From Candidatus Omnitrophota bacterium (GTDB lineage: Bacteria; Omnitrophota; Gorgyraeia; Gygaellales; Profunditerraquicolaceae): a stretch of DNA of 64,000 nt. Both the position numbers and the translations under genes were made by a program. Shown here piece after piece: positions 42,624 through 51,139 of the stretch. Position 1 is the first letter of the stretch; the number at the start of each line of letters is the position of its first letter. The notes beneath the pieces were generated by a model, which was not told the origin of the DNA, ran no database searches, and was given only the letters and a program-made list of their open reading frames with translations. The stretch covers positions 108,174-172,173 of the forward strand of contig CAWDSS010000012.1 in the NCBI GenBank assembly GCA_963805065.1, read 5' to 3'.

Positions 42624-43574
42624 CTAATTTTCATGCCAGTAAATAACCTGGTTATTGCTCCTGTCAAAAACACATTCAATGCCATGTGTTAATTTTGAAT
42701 TACTTAAGTTGCCTTGGCTAAATATCCTGAAATAATTGGAATTGACGCAAATTTTTGATTTTAAACCGTCAACAGGGTCGCTCAGTATATTCTTTTGCTG
42801 GTCGCTTAACTGTTCTAAACCTGCTTCTAGGTTTACATCGGTAAAGATACCGCCCTTATCCCTGAATTCAATCATCGCGTCTAACAGCCCATCAGGATTT
42901 TCTATTGGAATGTTTCTTTGCTGAAGTTTTTTGACATAGGTATTCATTAATATTTCAAGGACCACCCTTGGCGCCGTATTTACATTAATCTTGCAATCTC
43001 CATCGTGCGGATATACCGAAATTAAATTTTTAACAGCGTTAAATTCATCTTCTGTAAAGTCCTTAACCAGCATTAATTCCTCAATATTGGAAAATTTATT
43101 TCCTTTATTATTGTATTCTAAGGGTTGATAATCCGGAATGCTAGCGCCAACGTCACCTCTCCATGCGCATATATTATTGGCTAAATCCTGAGGGTCAGCT
43201 GCTCCTGCATAGTCTAAAAGCTCGGTCAATAATTCAAGGGGTGCGGTATTTATATTTATCTTTCTCTCCTCGTCAATAATTTGCGAAACGGAAGCAAATT
43301 CATTCTGGTTATCGCCGACTAAAATTTTATTGAATTTTTCTTCGTTATCTGCCCATTTATCTATTAAAGAATCGACAGCCGGATCATCATTTTTAAGTTC
43401 AACAATTGCGACATTTACGCCTGCCTTAGCCAGATAAATGGAATTTAACCTGTCTTTCTGATATCTGCTTAGCCGTAACGCCAGAGAAACTCGGTGTCCG
43501 GTGCTTACAGCTAACATTCCTAAGATAGCCAGAATCCAGAGGCTGATAATTAATACCTGCGCTTTATTTCTCAT
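42624..43574 (-). CDS. gspK: GspK-like minor pseudopilin
   Basis: N-terminal hydrophobic segment AQVLIISLWILAILGML and two helix-hairpin-helix-like INxNTAP motifs (NINTAPLELL, INVNTAPRVVL). Confidence 0.7.
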   Translation of the reverse strand: MRNKAQVLIISLWILAILGMLAVSTGHRVSLALRLSRYQKDRLNSIYLAKAGVNVAIVELKNDDPAVDSLIDKWADNEEKFNKILVGDNQNEFASVSQIIDEERKININTAPLELLTELLDYAGAADPQDLANNICAWRGDVGASIPDYQPLEYNNKGNKFSNIEELMLVKDFTEDEFNAVKNLISVYPHDGDCKINVNTAPRVVLEILMNTYVKKLQQRNIPIENPDGLLDAMIEFRDKGGIFTDVNLEAGLEQLSDQQKNILSDPVDGLKSKICVNSNYFRIFSQGNLSNSKLTHGIECVFDRSNNQVIYWHEN

Positions 43575-44155
43575 AAATTAGGCAGATAGATTGTGCGTTC
43601 GAAATCCTGTTTAATTTTTCCTGATACGGTTAATTTTATATTTACCGCTACAGGAAATGATTTCTTGTCATCCCAGGTATCCTTCCATTTTAACTCAAGG
43701 CTCCCCGGGTCAATAAACCCATAGCTTAAGGCAAAACTATCAATATTTCCTGCCAGCTCCTGGGGCTCTGTTTCAGACCGGTCATTTAACGCGTCTTTAT
43801 CTATACGACAAAGCATGGTCAAAGTTTTATTTTCAAATTTATAATCAACAAAGGCATAATGTTTCAACATGGCGCCTTGGCTAAATTTATCAACCAGGGT
43901 TAATAAGCCCATTTCATTTGAACTGCCAAAAAATTTTGTTTCATCCTTGGAATAAGCGAAAGAATTCCTTAAATCCAGGTTCAGGCGCTCAAAAACAATT
44001 CTTGCCGACTGATAAATATCTATATTCTCTCCGATGTCTTTGTAGCCGAATAATCCGGTATTAAACGTTAAATAAATGCTCACCATTACCACGCTAAAAA
44101 TCGAAGAAGCAATCAATAACTCTACCAGAGTAATGGCCCGATTAGTTTTTATCAT
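43571..44155 (-). CDS. GspJ/PilW-like minor pseudopilin (prepilin-type N-terminus)
   Basis: NRAITLVELLIASSIFSVVMVSI, a prepilin cleavage/methylation-type segment. 194 aa. Confidence 0.6.
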   Translation of the reverse strand: MIKTNRAITLVELLIASSIFSVVMVSIYLTFNTGLFGYKDIGENIDIYQSARIVFERLNLDLRNSFAYSKDETKFFGSSNEMGLLTLVDKFSQGAMLKHYAFVDYKFENKTLTMLCRIDKDALNDRSETEPQELAGNIDSFALSYGFIDPGSLELKWKDTWDDKKSFPVAVNIKLTVSGKIKQDFERTIYLPNL

Positions 44156-44571
44156 CTTAAAAAGCTTTTTAGGTTAATTTCTTCAACACTGTTAGCCCTT
44201 TGCCAATTAACCGTAAAATTAATTCTATACAGCGTTATATCATTGTCAAAAACCACTGTATCCTTCCATTGGAATTTATTATAAGCCCCTGATTTTCCTG
44301 CCGGCTCTTGATTTATCAATCCTTGTTTTTCCTTAAATTCCAGCTCCTGTAATTTATCTTCCGCCAGAAAAACAGCCCGCACCAAGTCATTCGATAATCC
44401 GGTTACCCTTCCGGAAAAAGAAAAGGCCTGAAGTATTACGGTAATTCCTGCTGATAATACCGTAACCGTAATTATCAATTCTAGTAATGAAAAGGCCCTG
44501 GCACTACCTTTGAACTTTAACACTCCCATAGACTCCTTTAGTAGTAAGGCTGATGGCTTGCTTATTGGCAT
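44152..44571 (-). CDS. GspI/PilV-like minor pseudopilin
   Basis: ARAFSLLELIITVTVLSAGITVIL. Small (about 125-139 aa). The start may be the internal Met at 44529. Confidence 0.6.
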   Translation of the reverse strand: MPISKPSALLLKESMGVLKFKGSARAFSLLELIITVTVLSAGITVILQAFSFSGRVTGLSNDLVRAVFLAEDKLQELEFKEKQGLINQEPAGKSGAYNKFQWKDTVVFDNDITLYRINFTVNWQRANSVEEINLKSFLR

Positions 44572-44983
44572 CGGATAACTTTATGGTTACGTTATCAATG
44601 CTTCCGTCTGGATAGAAAGCGATTTGCGTTTGATCCGCAGCTACTTGTATATCTTGCGGGATGTACACAGTCTTTAACCGGTTCTTATCATTCAAAATGC
44701 CGGCCCAATATTCTCTCGCCCCATTATCTATATTGAGCATGAAAGTTTCTTGGGCCACGATTGACTGTTGGCGTAAATAAACCATATAGGATTGCAAATC
44801 TTGAGAAAAAGTGCTTAATTGTAGGCTGGTATAATTATTTTTTAGTTGAGGCAGGGCGATTGCGATTAATATAGAAAGTATGATTATGACAAATAATAGC
44901 TCAATGAGTGTAAACCCCGTTAGAAGCTTTATTCTGTTTTTCTGGACATTTGGTATTTCTAACGGGGTAAAACCCTTATTCAT
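44504..44983 (-). CDS. GspH/FimT-like minor pseudopilin
   Basis: LTGFTLIELLFVIIILSILIAIALP followed by a GspH-like LQLSTFSQDLQSYMVYLRQQSI segment. Confidence 0.6.
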   Translation of the reverse strand: MNKGFTPLEIPNVQKNRIKLLTGFTLIELLFVIIILSILIAIALPQLKNNYTSLQLSTFSQDLQSYMVYLRQQSIVAQETFMLNIDNGAREYWAGILNDKNRLKTVYIPQDIQVAADQTQIAFYPDGSIDNVTIKLSDANKQAISLTTKGVYGSVKVQR

Positions 44984-46191
44984 TATTTCGCAATTAAATT
45001 AATCTGGAAAATCGGCAAAAGCATGGAAAGGACAATAAAACCAACAACCAGGCCCATTATCAGTATTATCACAGGTTCTAACATCCGCGTCATGGCGTTT
45101 AAACTTTTTTCCAGCTCTTTCTCATAATCATCGGCAATGCGCTGCATCGCCTGGTCGAGCCTTCCGGTCTCTTCGCCGACAGCGATTATATTGGTCACAA
45201 ATTCTGGAAAAAATGGCGAAACCTTAAGGGAATCGGAAAAACTGCTGCCTGCGCTTATCCCTTCTTTAAACTTCAGGATTTCCGCTTTTAAAATCTGGTT
45301 TTCTACTACGGTGACGGATATTTCTAAGGAGGAAGTTATAGGTACGCCGCTGGAAAGTAAAAGAGATAGCGTGCGCATCATACGGCTGATCTCTGTTTTT
45401 AAAACGATTTTGCCGGCAAATAATGTTTTTAGTTTTAGGCGGTCAAATAAGATTTTTCCTTGAGGGCTTAAATAAAGCCTGCGCAATAAAAACGCGGCAG
45501 CAATAATTACCGCGATAATTATCCAACCGTAACTTTTTAAAAAAGCGGAAGAATTTATTAATATCCTCGTTGGCAAAGGCAAGACCTGGCCCATATCCTC
45601 AAACATGGACACCAGCCTCGGGACAACAAACATCAGCAACACGCATATTGTTAATGCGCTGACAACCAGGATAAAAAACGGGTATGTTAAAGCTGCCCTT
45701 ATGGAATCTTTGAATTCCTCCTGCCTTTCCAAGAATCCGGAAAGGCGTTTCAGGGTCTCATTCAAATTACCGCTTGCTTCTCCGGTGCGTATCGTGGCCG
45801 AATATAACCCCGGGAACAGTTTTGGATAGGACTCCAGGCTTTCTGATAGCGATTTTCCGTCTTTTATTTTGGCATTTATATCGTTTAGTATAATTTTAAG
45901 GAACTTATTGGTAGCTTGCTTAGCTATCATGTTAAGGCTGTTGGTAATATTTATTCCCGAATCGATAAGAGTGGATAATTGCCTGGTAAAGGCTGAGATG
46001 TCTTTTCTTGAGACTCTTTGAAGGGAAAGCATGCCTTGCTTTTCCAGGGAAAGAATTTTAGAGCTGATGGAAATGGGAAAATACCCCAAGCCTAGCAATT
46101 TATTTATGGCTTCCTGTTCGGTCTCAGCTTCTATTTCTCCCTGGATGTTTTTTTGGGGATTAATTTTTGCTAGATACGTATATCGTGGCAT
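44983..46191 (-). CDS. gspF: type II secretion / type IV pilus platform protein (GspF/PilC family)
   Basis: 402 aa. Duplicated GspF domain (SLESYPKLFPGLYSATIRTGEASGNL and PFFPEFVTNIIAVGEETGRLD). Three TM segments. Confidence 0.9.
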   Translation of the reverse strand: MPRYTYLAKINPQKNIQGEIEAETEQEAINKLLGLGYFPISISSKILSLEKQGMLSLQRVSRKDISAFTRQLSTLIDSGINITNSLNMIAKQATNKFLKIILNDINAKIKDGKSLSESLESYPKLFPGLYSATIRTGEASGNLNETLKRLSGFLERQEEFKDSIRAALTYPFFILVVSALTICVLLMFVVPRLVSMFEDMGQVLPLPTRILINSSAFLKSYGWIIIAVIIAAAFLLRRLYLSPQGKILFDRLKLKTLFAGKIVLKTEISRMMRTLSLLLSSGVPITSSLEISVTVVENQILKAEILKFKEGISAGSSFSDSLKVSPFFPEFVTNIIAVGEETGRLDQAMQRIADDYEKELEKSLNAMTRMLEPVIILIMGLVVGFIVLSMLLPIFQINLIAK

Positions 46192-47912
46192 TAATCTTCG
46201 GGTAATTCTTCCTGTTGAGTTACTCGCACAACTTCAGTAAGGGTAGTTGTGCCTTTAAGAAATTTGCGCAGGCCGTCCTGGCGAAGGGTGCGCATGCCCT
46301 GTGAAATTGCTTTTTGTTTTATCTGCTGGCTGGAGGCGTGGTTAAGCATAAGCTCCCTGATTGGCTCGGTTACGGTTAATATCTCATATATTGCTGTGCG
46401 GCCATGAAAGCCTGTAAACCTGCATTCCTCACAACCTTTAGCTTCATAAATCATCGCCTTTTCTAAATCAAAATCTATATCTTTAATGTGGCTGAGTATT
46501 TCATTCCTGGATTTTTCCGGGACCGATACCTTGCATTTAGGGCAAAGGACCCTGACCAATCTTTGCGCTATAAGGTATTCAAGCGACGAAGACACTAAAA
46601 ACGGCTCAATACCCATATCCAAAAGCCGGGTTACCGCGCCCGCAGCATCATTAGTGTGCAAAGTAGAAAAAACCAGATGTCCGGTCAGTGCAGAGCGGAT
46701 TGCTATTTCGGCAGTCTCGTAATCCCTGACCTCTCCTACCATCATTACGTCGGGATCATGCCTTAACATGTGGCGAAGTGCCGTAGCAAAAGTAAATCCT
46801 ATTTGCGGAATAACCTGGACCTGATTAACTCCTCTTAACTGGTATTCCACGGGATCCTCAATGGTTATAATTTTTACAGCCGAAGAATTTATGCGCGATA
46901 GGCAGGCATACAAAGTAGTTGATTTTCCTGAACCAGTCGGGCCTGTTACAAAGATAATGCCATGCGGTTTTTTTATTGCCTGTTCAATAATCTTAAGGTC
47001 TTCCTGTAATAAACCCAGTTTTTCCAGCTCAAGGAACAACGCAGAGCTTAAAATCCTGATATGCACAGACTCTCCGAATGACGTAGGTATAATGGAAACA
47101 CGCAGGTCCAGCTCCTGCTCATTAACCTTTATCTTAATCCTTCCATCCTGGGGGAGCCTGCGCTCTGCAATATTAAGGCCGGACATAATCTTTATACGGG
47201 AAACTATGGCAGGATGAAAATATTTAATCGTCTCCGGTATGTTAACGTCGTAAAGCACGCCGTCTATCCTGAACCTGGTGCGCAATTCCTGATAAAAAGG
47301 CTCAAGGTGAATATCAGTAGCCCGGTCTTTTACCGCCTGAGAAAGTATCTGGTTGACGAATGTAATTATGGAAGCGTCTTCCGCCAATACCTCCAAATCC
47401 TCGACTTTTTCTTCGCGCATGCTTAGTTGTTCTGACGTGAGTTTCTGGTCGATTATTTTCTCCAGGGTTTCTGCGCCCACGCCGTAATACTTACGGATTG
47501 CCTCCTGAATTTCCGGCTCACTTGCCAAAACGCCTTTTACTTCTAAATTCAAAAGCAGCCTTATATCATCCAGAGTGCGGATGTCCAGGGGATCTGTCAT
47601 GGCAATGGTCAAACAATCGTTTTTAAATTCCAGCGGCATGATTTTATAGTGGCTGGCGAATTTTGCCGGCACCTTTTGGATAATCAAAGGCTCGATATCA
47701 ATAGTGTTTAATTTTATGTAGGGAATGTTTAACTGTTTGGAAAGCAGTTGAAATATCTTTTCTTCGCTGATATAACCTAATTTAACCAGGGCAGTGCAAA
47801 TAAAATCACCTGTTTTAGCCTGCTCAATAAGCCCTTTATCCAACTGCTCAGGCATAATCAGGCCCTCTTCAATCAGCATCTGCCCGATTAACACATTGTC
47901 TTTTGTCGGCAT
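46191..47912 (-). CDS. gspE: type II secretion / type IV pilus assembly ATPase (GspE/PilB family)
   Basis: N-terminal MshEN/T2SSE_N-like domain, Walker A GPTGSGKST, Asp box, Walker B, His box, tetracysteine CPKC...CEEC. Confidence 0.9.
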   Translation of the reverse strand: MPTKDNVLIGQMLIEEGLIMPEQLDKGLIEQAKTGDFICTALVKLGYISEEKIFQLLSKQLNIPYIKLNTIDIEPLIIQKVPAKFASHYKIMPLEFKNDCLTIAMTDPLDIRTLDDIRLLLNLEVKGVLASEPEIQEAIRKYYGVGAETLEKIIDQKLTSEQLSMREEKVEDLEVLAEDASIITFVNQILSQAVKDRATDIHLEPFYQELRTRFRIDGVLYDVNIPETIKYFHPAIVSRIKIMSGLNIAERRLPQDGRIKIKVNEQELDLRVSIIPTSFGESVHIRILSSALFLELEKLGLLQEDLKIIEQAIKKPHGIIFVTGPTGSGKSTTLYACLSRINSSAVKIITIEDPVEYQLRGVNQVQVIPQIGFTFATALRHMLRHDPDVMMVGEVRDYETAEIAIRSALTGHLVFSTLHTNDAAGAVTRLLDMGIEPFLVSSSLEYLIAQRLVRVLCPKCKVSVPEKSRNEILSHIKDIDFDLEKAMIYEAKGCEECRFTGFHGRTAIYEILTVTEPIRELMLNHASSQQIKQKAISQGMRTLRQDGLRKFLKGTTTLTEVVRVTQQEELPED

Positions 47913-47925
47913 AAATAATCCTTTT

Positions 47926-48717
47926 CTAAGAAATTTCCTTTAGCTTGTTGTAAACATAATCCACTGCCTGGGAAAAAGTAAGAATGCGGTCAGCTTCGTC
48001 ATCAGGTATCTCTAAACCCAGGGCTTCCTCTAAAACCATGGCAGCGCGTATTGCATCTACGGAATCCAGGCCTAAATCTTCATTGAAGCGTGATTCTAAC
48101 TTAATTTTATCGGCGTATTCTATGCCGAATTCCTGAACGAACATATCCTGCAGCTTTAAAAATAACTGTTCCTTGGTCAGGTGTTTTTCTTGGCGGAGTG
48201 CTTTTGCATTATCAGCTTGCGCTCTATGGGTTTTAATTTCCTGTGAGGTAGCTTCCTGAAGCCTGTTCATAAAATCTTTTATGCTCCTGGTATGGTTAAG
48301 GACTTTTTTCACATTCTCGGCCAATAAACCCGCTTTCCTGTGTGAATCAATAAAATCTTCCACTATCAGGTTTATCATATATACGTCATTGCCTATATAA
48401 TGCGTGAATAAATCTCTTAACAGCGGGTGCAGGGGCATGCTTTCCTGGAATTCAGGAAATTCCAAATCATCTTTTGAAACCACGGTCAATTTATTGGTAA
48501 TGTCTTTGATATGGCGGGTATAGATTAAAATCTTTTTAGCTTCCTGAGCGGGGATGGATTCATTGCCTTTAAGATAATACTGGCAAAGAAGGTTTATAGC
48601 CGTGATATCGTCGCCAATACGGTTATAAAGAAGATCCCAGATTTCCGGGTCGATAGAAATATTTTCCGCTTTTATCTGCTCGTAAAGCTGTTTTTCGTTG
48701 GGAAGAGGATTTGCCAT
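47926..48717 (-). CDS. protein with duplicated unknown N-terminal domain and C-terminal acyl-carrier-protein domain
   Basis: The C-terminus FNEDLGLDSVDAIRAAMVLEEALGLEIPDDEADRILTFSQAVDYV is a clear ACP fold with the DS(V/L) phosphopantetheine site. The N-terminus has two homologous ~60-aa units (ITAINLLCQYYL...TRHIKDITNKL and VYMINLIVEDFI...TRSIKDFMNRL). Confidence 0.6.
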   Translation of the reverse strand: MANPLPNEKQLYEQIKAENISIDPEIWDLLYNRIGDDITAINLLCQYYLKGNESIPAQEAKKILIYTRHIKDITNKLTVVSKDDLEFPEFQESMPLHPLLRDLFTHYIGNDVYMINLIVEDFIDSHRKAGLLAENVKKVLNHTRSIKDFMNRLQEATSQEIKTHRAQADNAKALRQEKHLTKEQLFLKLQDMFVQEFGIEYADKIKLESRFNEDLGLDSVDAIRAAMVLEEALGLEIPDDEADRILTFSQAVDYVYNKLKEIS

Positions 48718-48723
48718 TTCAGT

Positions 48724-49110
48724 TTAAAGGTCAATCTTTGCAGCTTCAGAAATGACCTTGTCTAATTCTTCCAGCTCAAGGGGCTTAAGTATGTAAGCTG
48801 CAGCACCTAATTGCCGTGCCTGCTCAATCTTACCTTTGTCAGTAATGCGGCTTACCATAATACAAACGGCATTATTGTCTATTTCTTTGATTTTTTTCAG
48901 GGTCTCAATGCCGTCCAGGGGAGAAAAAGGCATATGCACGTCCAGCAGGCTTATCTGGGGCTTTTCTTTTCTGAATATCTCAACTGCAGCAGGGCCGTCT
49001 GTGGCGCCAAAGGTGATAAAACCTTTTCTGGAATAAATCTTTTTGATAAAATCCACTATCCCTTCTTCGTCATCGACTATTAATAACTTTAAGGCTTGTT
49101 TTTCTTCCAT
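48724..49110 (-). CDS. response regulator, receiver domain only
   Basis: Start set at MEEKQ (GGAGG RBS). LLIVDDEEG, SLLDVHMP, IMVS, YILKP. Confidence 0.85.
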   Translation of the reverse strand: MEEKQALKLLIVDDEEGIVDFIKKIYSRKGFITFGATDGPAAVEIFRKEKPQISLLDVHMPFSPLDGIETLKKIKEIDNNAVCIMVSRITDKGKIEQARQLGAAAYILKPLELEELDKVISEAAKIDL

Positions 49111-49196
49111 ATTCGCCTCCGCTCTATTTTCCCCCAAGGGGAGAATCCGTTTTTATTGTAATATAAATGCATTTGCGGGTCAATGATTATAAATCA

Positions 49197-49236
49197 GGGA
49201 CACCCTCGATTTCAAAGCAAAGGGTGTCCCTTTTTT
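49197..49236. terminator. GC-rich hairpin with flanking A/T tracts directly after the XRE gene stop
   Basis: gggacaccc-16 nt-gggtgtccc-tttttt. The perfect T6 is on the plus strand and TGATTTAT is on the minus side, so it is possibly bidirectional. Confidence 0.5.
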
Positions 49237-49765
49237 ATCTAATCTCAAGATGAATAGCTGCTCCTAAGCTATCAGCTATCTTTTTAAGGGTAAGCAGGGA
49301 GATATTTTCTTTTCCCTTTTCAATGCGAGATATCATTTGCTGGGAAATTTCTAGTTTTTTGGCTAAATCTTTCTGAGTGAGGGATTTTTGCTTGCGGATT
49401 GATATTATTTGGTCTGCGGTTGCCTTGCAGAATTCGTTCTCCTGCCTTGCAGAACCGCCCTGCCCTGCAAAAACAATCCCTCTGTCCTCATATTTTTCTT
49501 TCAGTTTTTCATAAATTGCCTGCCAAAACTCTATACGAGGGTTATTCCAGGAGTCTTTGCGCATCTGCCTTTTTATCCTTTGCCAGTTTTGTAAAAAAAC
49601 TGCCGGTTTTAAATACATTTTGAACACTTCCTTAGGCGTATTTTTTCGGGAGAGTAATAAACCAGCTAAAGATAAAAAATGTTCGTCCTTAGTGTTTCTC
49701 AAAATTGAGATTGCTTTTTTCGGGCTTATGCTTTTATCCCAAAGCCAATCGTTATTTATTTTCAT
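49235..49765 (-). CDS. XRE-family HTH protein with unknown ~110-aa N-terminal domain (candidate antitoxin)
   Basis: The C-terminus LTQKDLAKKLEISQQMISRIEKGKENISLLTLKKIADSLG is a classic Cro/C1 HTH. There is a 4-nt ATGA overlap with the upstream NTase gene. Confidence 0.7.
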   Translation of the reverse strand: MKINNDWLWDKSISPKKAISILRNTKDEHFLSLAGLLLSRKNTPKEVFKMYLKPAVFLQNWQRIKRQMRKDSWNNPRIEFWQAIYEKLKEKYEDRGIVFAGQGGSARQENEFCKATADQIISIRKQKSLTQKDLAKKLEISQQMISRIEKGKENISLLTLKKIADSLGAAIHLEIR

Positions 49766-50478
49766 ATTGCCTCGATTTCCTTTTCAATTATTTTACCTAT
49801 TTCTTTTTTAAAATGCGCTTCTAAATCTTTATAGTCCACATCTTTTTTTAACTTTAGGTCCAATAGGCCAGTCTTAATATCAAAACGATCATAGGTACGG
49901 AACCACCTTATAATAGCTTCGCGAGTCGTTTGATTGCAATATTTGAAACAAAAATCCGACAACCGCATGAATGTAATAGACAGGCAATACAAATCATAAA
50001 AGTCCTTTGCCTCCTGCCTGCCGCCCTTGGTAACCGGCTTTCCCGAAAGATCTTCTGTGGTTAGCGTTCCGGCTATGGCAAAAATCTTTCTGATATAAAT
50101 GTCTTCAAGAGAGAAAACTTTTATCCCGTTTACTATTTTTGGTTGTTTTACCAATCCTAAATAATCCTGAATAAAATCGATTTTTAACGAATCGTTTTTG
50201 CTGATAGATATTGAAAAAATGAGTAACTTAATCATATCTTCTCTTGCCTGCTCGCCAACAAGAACCACTTTCTTCTTTAAACACAAGGAAAGTAAATTGA
50301 TTACCCCCAAGACTCTGATCTTGCTGAATTTGCTTGTAAAAAAATCTAAATCCAAAGATTCCCTGTGTCGGAAATAAAATAAAGACAGCGCGGTACCGCC
50401 GCCAAGGCAAAAATCGTCAATTTTTCCCTCCAGCGCTTTTAATACCTTCTCTTGATAAGTTCGAATTTGCGGTTTCAT
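49762..50478 (-). CDS. AbiEii/AbiGii-family nucleotidyltransferase (DUF1814-type toxin)
   Basis: LGGGTALSLFYFRHRESLDLDFF is the hallmark N-terminal NTase motif of AbiEii-like proteins. 238 aa. Confidence 0.7.
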   Translation of the reverse strand: MKPQIRTYQEKVLKALEGKIDDFCLGGGTALSLFYFRHRESLDLDFFTSKFSKIRVLGVINLLSLCLKKKVVLVGEQAREDMIKLLIFSISISKNDSLKIDFIQDYLGLVKQPKIVNGIKVFSLEDIYIRKIFAIAGTLTTEDLSGKPVTKGGRQEAKDFYDLYCLSITFMRLSDFCFKYCNQTTREAIIRWFRTYDRFDIKTGLLDLKLKKDVDYKDLEAHFKKEIGKIIEKEIEAI

Positions 50479-50538
50479 GGTTCAAATATACAACATAAAA
50501 GTTGTTTTGTCAAGTATTTTTACAACTTATAAGTTGTA
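50479..50538 (-). promoter_or_regulatory. consensus sigma70 promoter (leaderless geometry) with two ACAAC-N6-GTTGT operators
   Basis: The minus strand reads TTGACA (50513..50508) - 17 nt - TATATT (50490..50485) - 6 nt - ATG (50478). The palindromes are ACAACATAAAAGTTGT (50490..50505, in the spacer) and TACAACTTATAAGTTGTA (50521..50538), with centres 32 bp apart. Confidence 0.65.
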
Positions 50539-50712
50539 AAACTAATCTATAATAACAGACGCAGAAAGGAGAAAAATCTTATGCATTTTTTCTAGAGATA
50601 GCTTGATTAGTAAAATAGTTATTTTGTAAGTCGGTTATTTATGAAGGGTTAGAAACAACGTCTTTGTTACATCTTTGTTACGTTTGTTACGTTATTATAG
50701 ATTTGTTCATCT

Positions 50713-51117
50713 TTATGAAGAGTTAACAACAGGGTCTTTGTTATTGTTACCTTTGTTATTCTTTTCTTTAACGCAGAGTAAGATATTACCAATAATCGCT
50801 AACCAGAATGGTGATATAATTATCAGTCCGACCCAAATTGGAGTATAGTAATATTTGGGAACATTATTTGATATCCCCATCATCATCATAATAATCGATA
50901 AAATTATTGAAATTGGAACGATTGCAATAAAAAGTAATTTTCTCCTAATTTTATTATGCAATAGAGAATAGCCAAAAACAATGAATGGTATTCCTAAAAA
51001 TGCCAAGTAAAATCCTTGGATCATTAAGATAATTAACATAAAAAATAATCCCAAAATTATATTGACTACTCCTATCACTGCACTAAAAACCTCTAAAGCG
51101 GATATTTTTTTATTCAT
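50713..51117 (-). CDS. small polytopic membrane protein, candidate Rhs immunity protein
   Basis: ORF trimmed to Met25 (AAGGAGGA RBS), starting 20 nt after the Rhs stop. Four predicted TM helices. No recognisable family. Confidence 0.55.
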   Translation of the reverse strand: MNKKISALEVFSAVIGVVNIILGLFFMLIILMIQGFYLAFLGIPFIVFGYSLLHNKIRRKLLFIAIVPISIILSIIMMMMGISNNVPKYYYTPIWVGLIIISPFWLAIIGNILLCVKEKNNKGNNNKDPVVNSS

Positions 51118-51139
51118 AGTAATCCTCCTTATAAATAAT

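Noticed and set aside
49197-49236. Plus-strand gene terminator implying a plus-strand transcript
   Set aside because: No credible plus-strand gene ends here. The hairpin sits immediately after the minus-strand XRE gene stop, so it is more simply a (possibly bidirectional) terminator for that operon.
50228-50410. 60-aa minus-strand ORF
   Set aside because: It is an alternative frame inside the AbiEii-like gene, with no independent support.
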